DNA of 64,000 bases from an uncultured Planctomycetaceae bacterium (lineage in GTDB: Bacteria > Planctomycetota > Phycisphaerae > SM23-33), in NCBI GenBank assembly GCA_964385465.1, contig CAYLPJ010000028.1:11789-75788 (forward strand). The letters are read 5' to 3'. How positions within the stretch are numbered: the stretch's first letter is position 1; each line of letters begins with the position of its first letter. Under the pieces are notes generated by a model, which was not told the origin of the DNA, searched no databases, and saw only the letters and a program-made list of their open reading frames with translations. Positions 24,301 through 35,292 of the stretch are shown here, piece by piece. The position numbers and the translations under genes are program-made.

Positions 24301-24765
24301 ATGAAGTCTCTTGGACGGATCGTGATGGCCCTGGCCCTGGTTGGCGCCGTCGGCTGCGGGCACGAGCAGCAACGGCAGCGGAAGCACCGAACCGAATGCC
24401 TGGTCAACCTGCGGAATATCGGCGCGGCGCTGACGACCTGGCGGGAAGGCCACGACGGCCGATGGCCCGAAAGCCTCAGCGACCTGACGGGTGCGGGCCT
24501 CCTGCCGCCGGAGCCGCTTCGCTGCCCGGCCGCGAAGGAGAAGGGCCGGTCCGTGGACTACTTCTACCTCGCCCCGGAGGCCCCGGACGCCGGACCAAGG
24601 CATCTCATCGCTTGCGACTTCTCGGGCAACCATCCCACCGGGCGGGGGTGCCTGTTCGCCGACGGGCACGTCGAGCACCTCAGCCCGGGGGAGTTCACCA
24701 ACTACGCCGGGCGACCCGAGAACATGTCCTTCGCGGCGGCCCTGCTGGAGGTCGAGGGGCAGTAG
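24301..24765 (+). CDS. DUF1559-like (H-X9-DG type) protein with a lipoprotein-type signal instead of the usual prepilin N-terminus
   Basis: 154 aa. 'ECLVNLRNIGAALTTW' resembles the 'C.NNLKQIGLALHNY' segment of Planctomycete DUF1559 proteins. The C-terminal 'CLFADGHVEHL' resembles their 'FADGSV' motif. The N-terminus 'MKSLGRIVMALALVGAVGCG' looks like a signal peptide with a possible lipobox. Confidence 0.5.
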   Translation: MKSLGRIVMALALVGAVGCGHEQQRQRKHRTECLVNLRNIGAALTTWREGHDGRWPESLSDLTGAGLLPPEPLRCPAAKEKGRSVDYFYLAPEAPDAGPRHLIACDFSGNHPTGRGCLFADGHVEHLSPGEFTNYAGRPENMSFAAALLEVEGQ

Positions 24766-24931
24766 GCCGGCAGCCCGTTGAAGAAGCCGATTCGGTCTGC
24801 GAGCGGGTCCTCTCCCGCGTCGCCGGCGTCCGAGAAACTGGACGAATCTCGCGGATTCGCCTTCGCTTCTCGTCCTTGCCGACGCGAAGAATCCCGCGCT
24901 ATCGGCTGCGAAGCACTTTTTCAATGGACTG

Positions 24932-25738
24932 TCAGGGCGCGGCCTGGCCGCCGGGGATTCGCGGCCAGTATCGGCCGTGGCGGACGTCGAGTTCGACCGT
25001 CAGGCCGAAGGCATTTGTAAGCGTTTGCTGCGTAAGAACCTCCGGCTTCGGACCTGCGGCCAGGACGCGCCCGCCGGCCAGGATCAGCACGTGGCTGAAC
25101 CGGGCAGTGATTTCCTCGATGTGGTGGGTGACCATCACCAGCGTCGTGGACTGTTCCCCCTCGCCCCGCGCGAGGGCGTCTACAGTTCCAAGGAGCGTCT
25201 CGCGGCCGGGCAGGTCCAGGCCGGCGCACGGCTCGTCGATCAGCAGCAGGTCGGGCGCGGGCATGAGGGCGCGGGCGATGAGCGCGCGCTGCTGCTCCCC
25301 GGCCGAGAGCGTTCCGAAGAGTTGCTCAGCGTGTTCGACGAGGTCCAGGCGGTCGATCAGTTGGTGGGCCCGTTGGTTCTGGGCCCCCGTGATCGTGTCG
25401 AACAGTGCCGTCGAAGCGAACGCCCCGGACAGGACGATCTGCCGGGCGGTCTGGCGCCGGCGGATGCGGGTGGCGAGGTGCGAACCGACGTAGCCTATGC
25501 GCTTGCGGAGTTCGCGCAAGTCAACGTGTCCGAACAGGTTGCCGAGGACGCGAACGGAGCCTTCGCTGGCCCATTGGTAGCCGGTGATCACGTTGAGCAG
25601 CGTGGTCTTGCCCGAGCCGTTGGCGCCGAGGATCGCCCACTGCTGGCCGGGATCGACCCGCCAGGAGACGTCCGACAGCACGGCCGTGTCGGCGATGCGG
25701 ACGCCGACGCCCTCGACGTGGATGACAGGACGGTTCAT
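24932..25738 (-). CDS. ABC transporter ATP-binding protein (single NBD, no cognate permease adjacent)
   Basis: Walker A 'GANGSGKTT', ABC signature 'LSAGEQQRALIARAL', Walker B 'LLLIDEPCAGLD' and an H-loop 'VTHH'. The start is taken at the internal Met (MNRPVIHVEG...). The upstream 83 codons of the longest ORF are non-conserved and would reach the dnaK start. Confidence 0.8.
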   Translation of the reverse strand: MNRPVIHVEGVGVRIADTAVLSDVSWRVDPGQQWAILGANGSGKTTLLNVITGYQWASEGSVRVLGNLFGHVDLRELRKRIGYVGSHLATRIRRRQTARQIVLSGAFASTALFDTITGAQNQRAHQLIDRLDLVEHAEQLFGTLSAGEQQRALIARALMPAPDLLLIDEPCAGLDLPGRETLLGTVDALARGEGEQSTTLVMVTHHIEEITARFSHVLILAGGRVLAAGPKPEVLTQQTLTNAFGLTVELDVRHGRYWPRIPGGQAAP

Positions 25739-25980
25739 GGCCGAGAGGCTACGCCACCAGGGCGTGATGGGCAAGCGTGGCCTGCCAAAGCGGCCCCCGG
25801 GATATGCCAAACCGGTCGATTTGACATTCCGGCGAGGACATGGCTTGATGTAACCTATTGCGTTATATTGTTTAGGGTGTATGGCACGGGCGCTGCATAA
25901 CGACGCGTGAGGGCTCAACAGACAGATTCTGCCTCCCGCCCGCGACGGCGGGGGGTGAGGCCAAGGGAAGGTGAGAGAGT

Positions 25981-27906
<1,926 letters not shown>

Positions 27907-27916
27907 CCGCCCCCAT

Positions 27917-27960
27917 CGCGGCGCGGGCGCAGACGGTCCCGCCCGCGCCGCGAGGTTTCT
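27917..27960 (+). terminator. Intrinsic terminator-like hairpin after dnaK
   Basis: A perfect 13-bp GC stem 'cgcggcgcgggcg' (27917-27929) pairs with 'cgcccgcgccgcg' (27940-27952) around a 10-nt loop, followed by 'aggtttct'. Confidence 0.55.
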
Positions 27961-28105
27961 CCCCCCTCGCTCCGACGCCGCCTTGGAACCGAGTCGCACG
28001 CGGGGCTTTCCACTCGGTGCTGCCGCGCGGTATGCTGCGCACGAACGCCCGGGGCGAGGGTTGAGCTGCCCGGGACCTGCGGTCACGGACCACGAAAGGT
28101 GGAAC

Positions 28106-28963
28106 ATGCCACGAACGGGACTGACGTGGGCGGCGGCGTTGGCCATGGCGGCGGCCGCGGGCGGCTGTGCATCCCAGCCCTACAAGACCCCCGAGCGGAT
28201 GCGCCACGGTCTGGCCGTCGTGCTGCCGGGCATCGAGGGGCGAAGCCCGCTGAACGAGGCGATCTGCCGAGGGCTCAACGCCGGCGGGGTCAACTGGGGC
28301 ATCGACCTGGAGGACTGGACCGCGCCGCTGGGCCCGCTCTACAACCTCCGCGCCGAGCTGCACAACCGCCGCAAGGCCAACGAGATCGCCGTCCGCGTGG
28401 CCGAGTACAAATTCGCCCACCCCGACAACCCCGTCGTGGTCATCGGCCACAGCGGCGGGGGGGCGATGGCCCTGTGGGTCGCCGAATCCATGCCCGAGGG
28501 TCAGGAGCTCGACGGCGTGATCCTGCTGGCCCCGGCCATCTCGCCGGGATACATGATCGACTTCGCCCTCACCAAGACCCGCCGGGGCATCGTCAACTTC
28601 TACTCCCACAAGGACTGGGCCTTCCTGGGCATCGGCACGACGGTGACCGGCACGATGGACGGCGAGCACACCTCCTCGGCCGGGCGGGTGGGCTTCCAAC
28701 TGCCCCTGGCGAACTCGCGCCCGAAGACCTACGAGAAGCTCTTCCAGATCAACTGGCACCGCCAGATGGCCGACACCGGGCACACCGGCGGGCACCTGTC
28801 GTGGTCGACGGAGGACTTCGTGGCCACGTACGTCGCGCCCATGGTGCTCTCGCCGCGATGGAGCGAGGAGGTCGTCGCGAACGTCCTGATGCGCCGGGGG
28901 ATCGATACCACGCCGGCCACGCGCAACCGCTGGGAGCCGATGGACAACACGGACGTCCCCTGA
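28106..28963 (+). CDS. Lipoprotein, alpha/beta-hydrolase (lipase/esterase-like, GHSxG)
   Basis: The start is taken at the internal Met 'MPRTGLTWAAALAMAAAAGGCAS' (signal peptide plus lipobox), preceded by 'gaaaggtgg'. Nucleophile elbow 'VIGHSGGG'. The N-terminal 41 codons of the longest ORF look spurious. Confidence 0.65.
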   Translation: MPRTGLTWAAALAMAAAAGGCASQPYKTPERMRHGLAVVLPGIEGRSPLNEAICRGLNAGGVNWGIDLEDWTAPLGPLYNLRAELHNRRKANEIAVRVAEYKFAHPDNPVVVIGHSGGGAMALWVAESMPEGQELDGVILLAPAISPGYMIDFALTKTRRGIVNFYSHKDWAFLGIGTTVTGTMDGEHTSSAGRVGFQLPLANSRPKTYEKLFQINWHRQMADTGHTGGHLSWSTEDFVATYVAPMVLSPRWSEEVVANVLMRRGIDTTPATRNRWEPMDNTDVP

Positions 28964-29001
28964 TTCGGTTCCTGTTCGGGGTATTGCTCAAGCATTTCGC
29001 G

Positions 29002-29526
29002 ATGCCTGACCGATGCAATGGCCAGGCGGGCGGCGGCAGGCCCGCGGAAAGGACCCCGAGCGTGCGCGACGGACTGGACTTCCTCAAGGGCGGGCCCTAC
29101 GGCGACCTCCCCGGCGGCGGGGGGGTCTTCTATACCGACGGCGCCGCCGGGGCCTACCGGCTGGGCGATGCCCACACCGCTACCCCGCGGCGATTGGCCG
29201 AGTTGCTTCACGACGGGGCCGTCCAGCTCTGCCGACGGGCCGTCGAGGCGCTCGATGCCGGGGACATCGAGGTCGCCGAGGACCACCTCGCCCGCGCCGG
29301 GAGGATCGTCCGCCAGCTTCAGCAGTCCCTTCGTCCCGATGCCGCCGGGGACACCGCCGACTTGCGTAAGCGCTGCGGCCGGGCGCGGCGGCTGCTCATC
29401 GAAGCCGCTCATTACCGCCGTCGAGAGACGGTCACGGAGACGCTCTCGGTGCTGGCCGACCCGCCCCCTCGCTTCGCGGCGCTGGCTTGTTGTCCTGCGG
29501 GGGAGGGAGGCGAGTGGATCGCCTGA
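29002..29526 (+). CDS. fliS: Flagellar export chaperone FliS-like protein (hidden inside the longer spurious ORF 28099..29526)
   Basis: 'GAYRLGDAHTATPRRLAELLHDGAVQLCRRAVEALDAGDIEVAEDHLARAGRIVRQLQQSL...RLLIEAAHYRRRETVTETLSVL' aligns with the FliS pattern (AY...TA(S/T)P..L..ML(Y/F)DG...A..AI...D.......L.KA..II.EL..SL.....G......L..LY.Y...RL..AN). An alternative GTG start at 29062 has an 'aaagga' SD. Confidence 0.6.
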   Translation: MPDRCNGQAGGGRPAERTPSVRDGLDFLKGGPYGDLPGGGGVFYTDGAAGAYRLGDAHTATPRRLAELLHDGAVQLCRRAVEALDAGDIEVAEDHLARAGRIVRQLQQSLRPDAAGDTADLRKRCGRARRLLIEAAHYRRRETVTETLSVLADPPPRFAALACCPAGEGGEWIA

Positions 29527-29542
29527 GACGTGCGGGGGCGGC

Positions 29543-30562
29543 CTACGTGAAGACCACCCAGTCGTCGTCCTTCTCGGGCTCGGGCTCTTCGGCCTCCGGC
29601 TCGGCTGCCGGCTCGGCTTTGGTCTGGAAGCCGACGCGCTCGCGAATGACGTACAGCGGACGGGCCCGGGCCTCACTGAGCGTTCGGCCGAGGTACGCCC
29701 CCAGGATGCCGAGAATGAGGAACTGTCCGGCCAGCAGGAGCACGAACCCGGCGGCGACGTGGGCCCACCCGCCGGGTGCGAGCCCGAAGGGCCAGAGCAG
29801 CAGCGCCAGCAGCGCGTAGACGCCGACGCCGGCGATGAGCACCGCGCCGATCACGGTCGCCAGGCGAAGCGGCGCCAGCGTGGTGCCCACGACGGCCTCG
29901 CCGGAGGCCCGCGCCAGGCGCCAGAGGTCGCGGAAGGAGGGCGCCCGCCTGGCCGGTCCGCCCAGCCGTACGGCCGTCTGGCGGAAGCCCACGCGATGGA
30001 TCAGCCCGCGGTAGATCCGCCCCCGCTCGCCGTGGGCGGCCAGGGCGTCGACGACGCGGCGGTCCAGCAGGTACAGGTCGGGGCTGTCGGCGAGGTCCGC
30101 CCCGCAGAGCCACCGCACGCCCCGGCGGAGCAGCCCGGCCAGGGTCGCGCCCAGCCGCGGACCGGCGTCGGACGGGCGGCGGACGCCGTAGACCACCTCG
30201 AAGCCCTCCCGCCACCGCGCCACCAACTCGCCGAGGCTCGCGATGTCCGCCGGCTCGTCGGTCGCCAGCGTGATCACCGCCTTGCCCGCGGCAAGCTCGT
30301 GCCCGGCCGTCAGGGCCGCCTGGCGCCCGAACGACCGCGAGAACTCGACGGCCTTGACGCGCGGATCCACCTCGGCCAGCCGGCGGATCTCGGCGGCGGT
30401 TTCGTCGGTGCTGCCGTCGTTGACGAACAGGATCTCGTACGGCTCGGCGAGGTCGTCGGCGGCGACCTTCAGCCCGCCGTAGAGGTGCTCCAGCACCTCC
30501 TGGCGGTCGCGGACGGGAATCACGAATGTAAACGTCAGCTCATCAGCCATGCGGCTCTCCAT
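29543..30562 (-). CDS. Family 2 glycosyltransferase (polyprenyl-phosphate sugar transferase, DPM1/ArnC-like) with C-terminal TM helices
   Basis: 339 aa. 'FVIPVRDRQEVLEHL' and 'YEILFVNDGSTDETAAEI' form a GT-A fold with a DxD-like motif. The C-terminus is hydrophobic (LLALLLWPFG..., VLLLAGQFLILGILGAYLG). Confidence 0.8.
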   Translation of the reverse strand: MESRMADELTFTFVIPVRDRQEVLEHLYGGLKVAADDLAEPYEILFVNDGSTDETAAEIRRLAEVDPRVKAVEFSRSFGRQAALTAGHELAAGKAVITLATDEPADIASLGELVARWREGFEVVYGVRRPSDAGPRLGATLAGLLRRGVRWLCGADLADSPDLYLLDRRVVDALAAHGERGRIYRGLIHRVGFRQTAVRLGGPARRAPSFRDLWRLARASGEAVVGTTLAPLRLATVIGAVLIAGVGVYALLALLLWPFGLAPGGWAHVAAGFVLLLAGQFLILGILGAYLGRTLSEARARPLYVIRERVGFQTKAEPAAEPEAEEPEPEKDDDWVVFT

Positions 30563-30655
30563 AGCACGCAGACGCCCAAGGTATCTTCGGCCATCGGTGC
30601 GGGCACACGCAAGCGAACGCGGAGTCTACCGGACTTCCGCCGGTGTGCAATCCCG

Positions 30656-31399
30656 TTACTCCACGGTATCCGACTTCGCCAGGGCCTTCGCCGCGGCCAG
30701 CAGGGCGACCGCCGCCGTCTCCACGCGGAGGACCGTGGTCCCCAGCCGCACCGGCGCGAAGCCCGCGGCGAGGGCGGCGTGGCGCTCCGCGTCGCTCAGG
30801 CCGCCTTCGGGCCCGACCAGCACGGTCAGTTCGTCGTCGCCGGTCACGTCGGCCAGCGCGCGCCCGATCGGCGCGGCGGCCGGGCCCGCGTCCCCCAGCA
30901 CCCGCCCGCTGCCCCCGGCGCCGGCGAGGACCTCCGCCAGCGGCGCCGGCGGATGCAGCTCGGGCAGGCGGTTGAGCCCGCACTGCTTCGCCGCCGCGAT
31001 GCACTGGCCCAGCCAGCGATCCCGCTTGGACGCCGATATCCCGCCCTTGCCCGCGACGCTCCGCTGGAAGCTCACCGGCGTCAGCGACGCGGCCGCCAGC
31101 TCGGTCGCCTTCTCCAGCAGCCAGTCAAGGCGTTTGCCCTTGGGCATGGCGAAGGCCAGGTGCACGGCGGGGCGGGGTGGCCCGGCCGGCGGCATGCGGC
31201 GGCGGATCTTGACGGTGACGCCGGCCCGGGCGGCTTGGGTGATCGTGGCTTCGGCGGCGCTGCCGAGGCCGTCGAACAGCTCGACCTCCGCGCCGGGCCC
31301 GAGCCGCAGCACGTGCAGGGCGTGGTGGGCCTCGCCGGCGGGCAGGTCGATCCGGTCGCCGGCCAGGTCGGGTGCGTGGAATCGCGGTCGGTTCGCCAT
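30656..31399 (-). CDS. rsmE: 16S rRNA (uracil1498-N3)-methyltransferase RsmE
   Basis: The start is taken at internal Met 'MANRPRFHAPDLAGDRIDLPAGEAHHALHVLRLGPGAEVELFDG', an RsmE N-terminal PUA-like region. The C-terminal SPOUT part reads '...ELTVLVGPEGGLSDAE...GFAPVRLGTTVLRVETAAVAL'. Confidence 0.8.
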   Translation of the reverse strand: MANRPRFHAPDLAGDRIDLPAGEAHHALHVLRLGPGAEVELFDGLGSAAEATITQAARAGVTVKIRRRMPPAGPPRPAVHLAFAMPKGKRLDWLLEKATELAAASLTPVSFQRSVAGKGGISASKRDRWLGQCIAAAKQCGLNRLPELHPPAPLAEVLAGAGGSGRVLGDAGPAAAPIGRALADVTGDDELTVLVGPEGGLSDAERHAALAAGFAPVRLGTTVLRVETAAVALLAAAKALAKSDTVE

Positions 31400-31547
31400 G
31401 GTCCCATTGTGCCATCGACCGCCCCGGAATCCCACCCCGGGAATCATGGGGCCTTGATCCCGAAGGCAGGCAGGCGGTATCGTCCCTGCCCGGCCGTGCG
31501 GACCGCCGTCGGCCGTACGATTTCCCATCAGAGACGGAAGGTAGACG

Positions 31548-34500
31548 ATGAGCCCGTTGGACGACCTGACGAAGACCTGGGACAATCCGCCGGCCGAGTT
31601 CCGCGGCGCGCCGTTCTGGTCCTGGAACGCCCGCCTCGACCCCGACCGCCTCTGCCGCGCCATCGAGAGCATGCACGAGGCGGGCATGGGCGGGTTCTTC
31701 ATGCACAGCCGCTACGGGCTCCAGACGCCGTACCTCTCCGACGAGTGGTTCCGCTGCGTCGCCGCGTGCGTCGAGAAGGCCCGTGAGTTGGGCATGAAGG
31801 CGTACCTGTACGACGAGGACCGCTGGCCCAGCGGCTCGGCCGGGGGGATCGTCACCCGCAAGCATCCGGAGTTCGGGATGCGGGCGCTGATCGCCACCGG
31901 CGAGGGCGAGCCCGCCGAGGACGCCGAGCGGCTGGCCAGCTTCGCCGTCACGCTGGACGACACCGGCCGCCTGGTCGGCTACGAGCCCGTCGACGACCCC
32001 GCCTCCTGCCCGCCGGGCACGAAGCCGCTGAGCTTCGACGCCATCGCGCTGAAGCCGCGAGGCAACTTCAACGACGCGCCGTACCTGGACACGCTGAATC
32101 CCGAGGCCGTGCTGGAGTTCCTCCACGTCACCCACCAGGCCTACGCCGACCGGTACGGCAGGGATTTCGGCGGGGTGATCCCGGCGATTTTCACCGACGA
32201 GCCGAACTGCTTCAACTGCAGCCGATGGCATGACGGGGTGCCCGAGGACGGCTTTGCCCTGGTCTGGACGCCCGAGATGCCCCGGGCCTTCCGGAAGCGC
32301 CGCGGCTACGACCTGCGCGACCACCTGCCCGAGTTGGTCTACCCCGACGCCGACGGGGACTTCGCCAAGGTCCGCCACGACTTCTATCGCACCGCCACCG
32401 AGCTGTTCGTCGAGGCCTTCAGCCGACAGATCGGGCGCTGGTGCGACAAGCACGACCTGCCCCTGACCGGCCACATGCTCGCCGAGGAACGCCTCGAATC
32501 CCAGATCCGCGTCGTCGGCGCGTGCATGCCGCATTACGAGCACTTCGGCTGGCCCGGGATCGACATCCTCCGCGACCAGGCCGACGAGCTCATCACCGCC
32601 AAGCAGTGCACCAGCGTTGCCGACCAGCTCGGGCGGCCACGCGTGCTCAGCGAGCTCTACGGCTGCACCGGCTGGGATTGGCCCCTGGAGGGCCACAAGT
32701 TCGTCGGCGACTGGCAGTTCGCCCTGGGCGTGAACTTCCGCTGCCCGCACCTGACGCACTTCAGCCTCGCCGGGGGGGCCAAGAGGGACTACCCCGCCAG
32801 CATCTTCCGTCACAGCCCGTGGTGGACGCACTATGACGTCGTCGAGGACTACTTCGCTCGGTTGAGCTTCCTTCTCACCCGAGGCCGGCCCGTGCGGGAC
32901 GTCGCCGTCCTGCACCCCGTCGAGAGCGCGTGGGGCTGCTTCCATGCCGCCGGCGACCTCGAGGCCGTCGGCGAGCTGGACGAGGAACTGGCGACGCTCA
33001 CGCGGTGGCTGTCGGGGCAGCACTACGACTGGGACTTCCTGGACGAGTCCCTCCTTGCCGACCACGGCGAGGCCGACGGCGACCGGCTTGGCGTCGGGCA
33101 GATGAGCTACCGCGTGGTGGTCGTGCCCCCGTCGATCACGCTGCGGGGCTCGACCGTCGAACTTCTCGAGCGGTTCCGCGACGGCGGGGGCAAGCTGCTG
33201 TTTGTCGGCCGCCGGCCCGACCGCGTGGACGCCCAGCTCGACGAGCGCCCCGCCGTCCTGGCCGGGAAGTCCGCCGCCTGCGACGGCTCCGCCGACCTCC
33301 CGGCCGCCGTGGAGGGCCTGCTCGACCGCCGCGTGTCCATTGCCGACCCCGACGCCGGCGAGGCGACGTGCGTCTGGGCCATGCTGCGGAAGGTCGACGG
33401 CGCCCACGTGCTGTTCGCCCAGTCGCACGACCGCGACAACGCCCGCGACGTCCGCGTCCGCATCGTCGGCGCCTCCGGCCCGGCCGTGCTGTGGGACGCC
33501 CGAACCGGCGGCCGGACCCGCCTGGACGCGACCATCGACGGGAAAGGCCCGGGCCGAAGCGTCGCCTTCGACCTCCACCTGCCGCCGACCGGCTCGGCGG
33601 TGGTGACCCTCGGGGAGAACGTCGACGGGGCGACCGCCCCCCGGCCGTCGCCCGCCGTGGCCGAGGCGCGGATCCTCGACGGGCCCTTCCCCGCCGAGCG
33701 AACCGAGCCGAACACGATGCCCCTGGACTACTGCGCCTACGCCTTCGGCGACGACGAGTACGGCGAGGCGATGCCCGTCCTGGCCGCCGAGGCGGAGATT
33801 CGCGGCCGCTTCGACCTGCCCTCACGCGTGGGGGCAGGGCACCAGCCGTGGTACCTCTACGCCATGGGCACGGTGGATACGACGCCGCGCGGACCCTGCC
33901 GGCTGCGGTTCGGCGTTCACGTCACCGACGTGCCCGCCCGCTGCGCCCTGGCGATCGAGCGGCCCGAGGACTTCACCGTGCTGGTGAACGGCGCCGAGGC
34001 GCCTGCGGCCGACGGCTGGTGGGTGGACGAGGACATCCGCACCATCGAGATCGCCGACCTGCTGACCGCCGGGGACAACGAGATCGTCCTGGCCATGGAC
34101 TACCGCGCCGATCACGAGCTGGAGGCCCTGCACCTCGTCGGGGAGTTCGACGTGGCCCTGCGAGCCGGCGATGCCCCGGCGCCCGGCGGCATGACGCTTA
34201 TCGCCCCCGGGCGCGAGCTGGGCCTCGGCTCCTGGGTGGGCCAGGGGCTGGACTTCTACGGCGGGTCCGTGAAGTACACCCTCACGATCGACCGGCCTGC
34301 CGATCGCGGCGTGCGGCTGCGCCTGCCCGGGATCGATTGCACGGCGGCGGCCGTCCACGCCGGGGGGCGGACCTTCGTCCTGCCGTGGAGGCCCTTCGAG
34401 GTGGACCTGACCGACGCGCTGGTCGCCGGCGAGAACACGGTGGTGGTAGAGGTCTTCGGCGGCCGCAAGAACATCCTCGGCCCGCTGCACGTCCCGTGGA

Positions 34501-34613
34501 AGGCCTGGACGGGGCCCGGGGAGTTCAGCCCCAACAACGCCGACTGGACGGACGCCTACCAGCTCTGCCACCACGGCCTCCACCAGCCCCCGGTGGTGGA
34601 GGTGCTGGACTAG
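31548..34613 (+). CDS. Large glycoside-hydrolase-like protein (1,021 aa)
   Basis: The N-terminal 'PFWSWNARLDPDRLCRAIESMHEAGMGGFFMHSRYGLQTPYLSDEWF' resembles TIM-barrel glycosidase-like families. Composition is consistently protein-like, and a 'ggaaggtagacgATG' RBS precedes the start. The family assignment is uncertain. Confidence 0.55.
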   Translation: MSPLDDLTKTWDNPPAEFRGAPFWSWNARLDPDRLCRAIESMHEAGMGGFFMHSRYGLQTPYLSDEWFRCVAACVEKARELGMKAYLYDEDRWPSGSAGGIVTRKHPEFGMRALIATGEGEPAEDAERLASFAVTLDDTGRLVGYEPVDDPASCPPGTKPLSFDAIALKPRGNFNDAPYLDTLNPEAVLEFLHVTHQAYADRYGRDFGGVIPAIFTDEPNCFNCSRWHDGVPEDGFALVWTPEMPRAFRKRRGYDLRDHLPELVYPDADGDFAKVRHDFYRTATELFVEAFSRQIGRWCDKHDLPLTGHMLAEERLESQIRVVGACMPHYEHFGWPGIDILRDQADELITAKQCTSVADQLGRPRVLSELYGCTGWDWPLEGHKFVGDWQFALGVNFRCPHLTHFSLAGGAKRDYPASIFRHSPWWTHYDVVEDYFARLSFLLTRGRPVRDVAVLHPVESAWGCFHAAGDLEAVGELDEELATLTRWLSGQHYDWDFLDESLLADHGEADGDRLGVGQMSYRVVVVPPSITLRGSTVELLERFRDGGGKLLFVGRRPDRVDAQLDERPAVLAGKSAACDGSADLPAAVEGLLDRRVSIADPDAGEATCVWAMLRKVDGAHVLFAQSHDRDNARDVRVRIVGASGPAVLWDARTGGRTRLDATIDGKGPGRSVAFDLHLPPTGSAVVTLGENVDGATAPRPSPAVAEARILDGPFPAERTEPNTMPLDYCAYAFGDDEYGEAMPVLAAEAEIRGRFDLPSRVGAGHQPWYLYAMGTVDTTPRGPCRLRFGVHVTDVPARCALAIERPEDFTVLVNGAEAPAADGWWVDEDIRTIEIADLLTAGDNEIVLAMDYRADHELEALHLVGEFDVALRAGDAPAPGGMTLIAPGRELGLGSWVGQGLDFYGGSVKYTLTIDRPADRGVRLRLPGIDCTAAAVHAGGRTFVLPWRPFEVDLTDALVAGENTVVVEVFGGRKNILGPLHVPWKAWTGPGEFSPNNADWTDAYQLCHHGLHQPPVVEVLD

Positions 34614-34729
34614 CGCCCGCGGCCCGCGTCGCGGCGCCTCGGGCAAGAGGCTGTTGCCATCCCGCCGCTGACCCGGTAGCCTTGGGCGTTTGGCCGCCGG
34701 GGTTCCGGCAGGCGTGCAGGAGAGCAGAG

Positions 34730-35227
34730 ATGCCCGACCCACAGACCGACAGCCCCTCCCCCGACGCGGAGAGCAAGCTGCCCGAGAGCACCGTCCTGGT
34801 GGTGGATGACAACGCCCAGAATCTCGAGCTGCTCGTGGCGTACCTGGACGCGTTGCCGTGCGAGGTCGTCACGGCCGTCGACGGCGTCGAGGCGCTGGAG
34901 AAGATTCGCGAGACCCCGCCGGACCTGATCCTGCTGGACATCATGATGCCCCGGATGAGCGGCTTCGAGGTCTGCCGCAAGCTCAAGAGCGACCCGGCCA
35001 CGCGGGACATTCCCATCGTCATGGTCACCGCCCTTAACGAACTGGGGGATATCGAGCGCGGCGTCGAGAGCGGCACGGACGACTTCATCACCAAGCCGGT
35101 CAACCGCCTGGAACTTGTCACCCGCGTGCGGAGCCTGCTGCGGGTCCGCCATCTCAAGGGCGAGTTGGACCGCACGCTGGCTTATCTCAACGACGTCGAG
35201 ACCGACGCCGGGGCCGAGTCCTCCTGA
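34730..35227 (+). CDS. Response regulator, standalone receiver domain (CheY-like)
   Basis: 165 aa. 'VLVVDDNAQNLELL', 'DLILLDIMMPRMSGFEV' and 'PIVMVTALNE...KP' carry the phospho-acceptor Asp and the conserved T and K positions. An 'aggaga' RBS precedes the start. Confidence 0.85.
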   Translation: MPDPQTDSPSPDAESKLPESTVLVVDDNAQNLELLVAYLDALPCEVVTAVDGVEALEKIRETPPDLILLDIMMPRMSGFEVCRKLKSDPATRDIPIVMVTALNELGDIERGVESGTDDFITKPVNRLELVTRVRSLLRVRHLKGELDRTLAYLNDVETDAGAESS

Positions 35228-35292
35228 CCGCCGCGGCACCCGCCGGCTACGATGAGGAAACCTACCGTCCCGCCTGGCCAGGAGTTGAGCCC

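Noticed and set aside
24850-24900. Imperfect long hairpin 'cgcggattcgccttcgc...gcgaagaatcccgcg' in the convergent gap between the DUF1559-like gene and the ABC ATPase
   Set aside because: The stem needs several bulges and there is no flanking T-run. It may be a bidirectional terminator, but the evidence is too weak to list as a feature.
28099-29001. The N-terminal 300 codons of track ORF 28099..29526, and the overlapping ORFs 29013..29369 and 29018..31786
   Set aside because: The composition is shadow-like and this frame overlaps the lipase gene out of frame. Only the last 174 codons (29002..29526) look like a real FliS-like protein. The ORF at 29018..31786 is the antisense shadow of the GT2 and rsmE genes.
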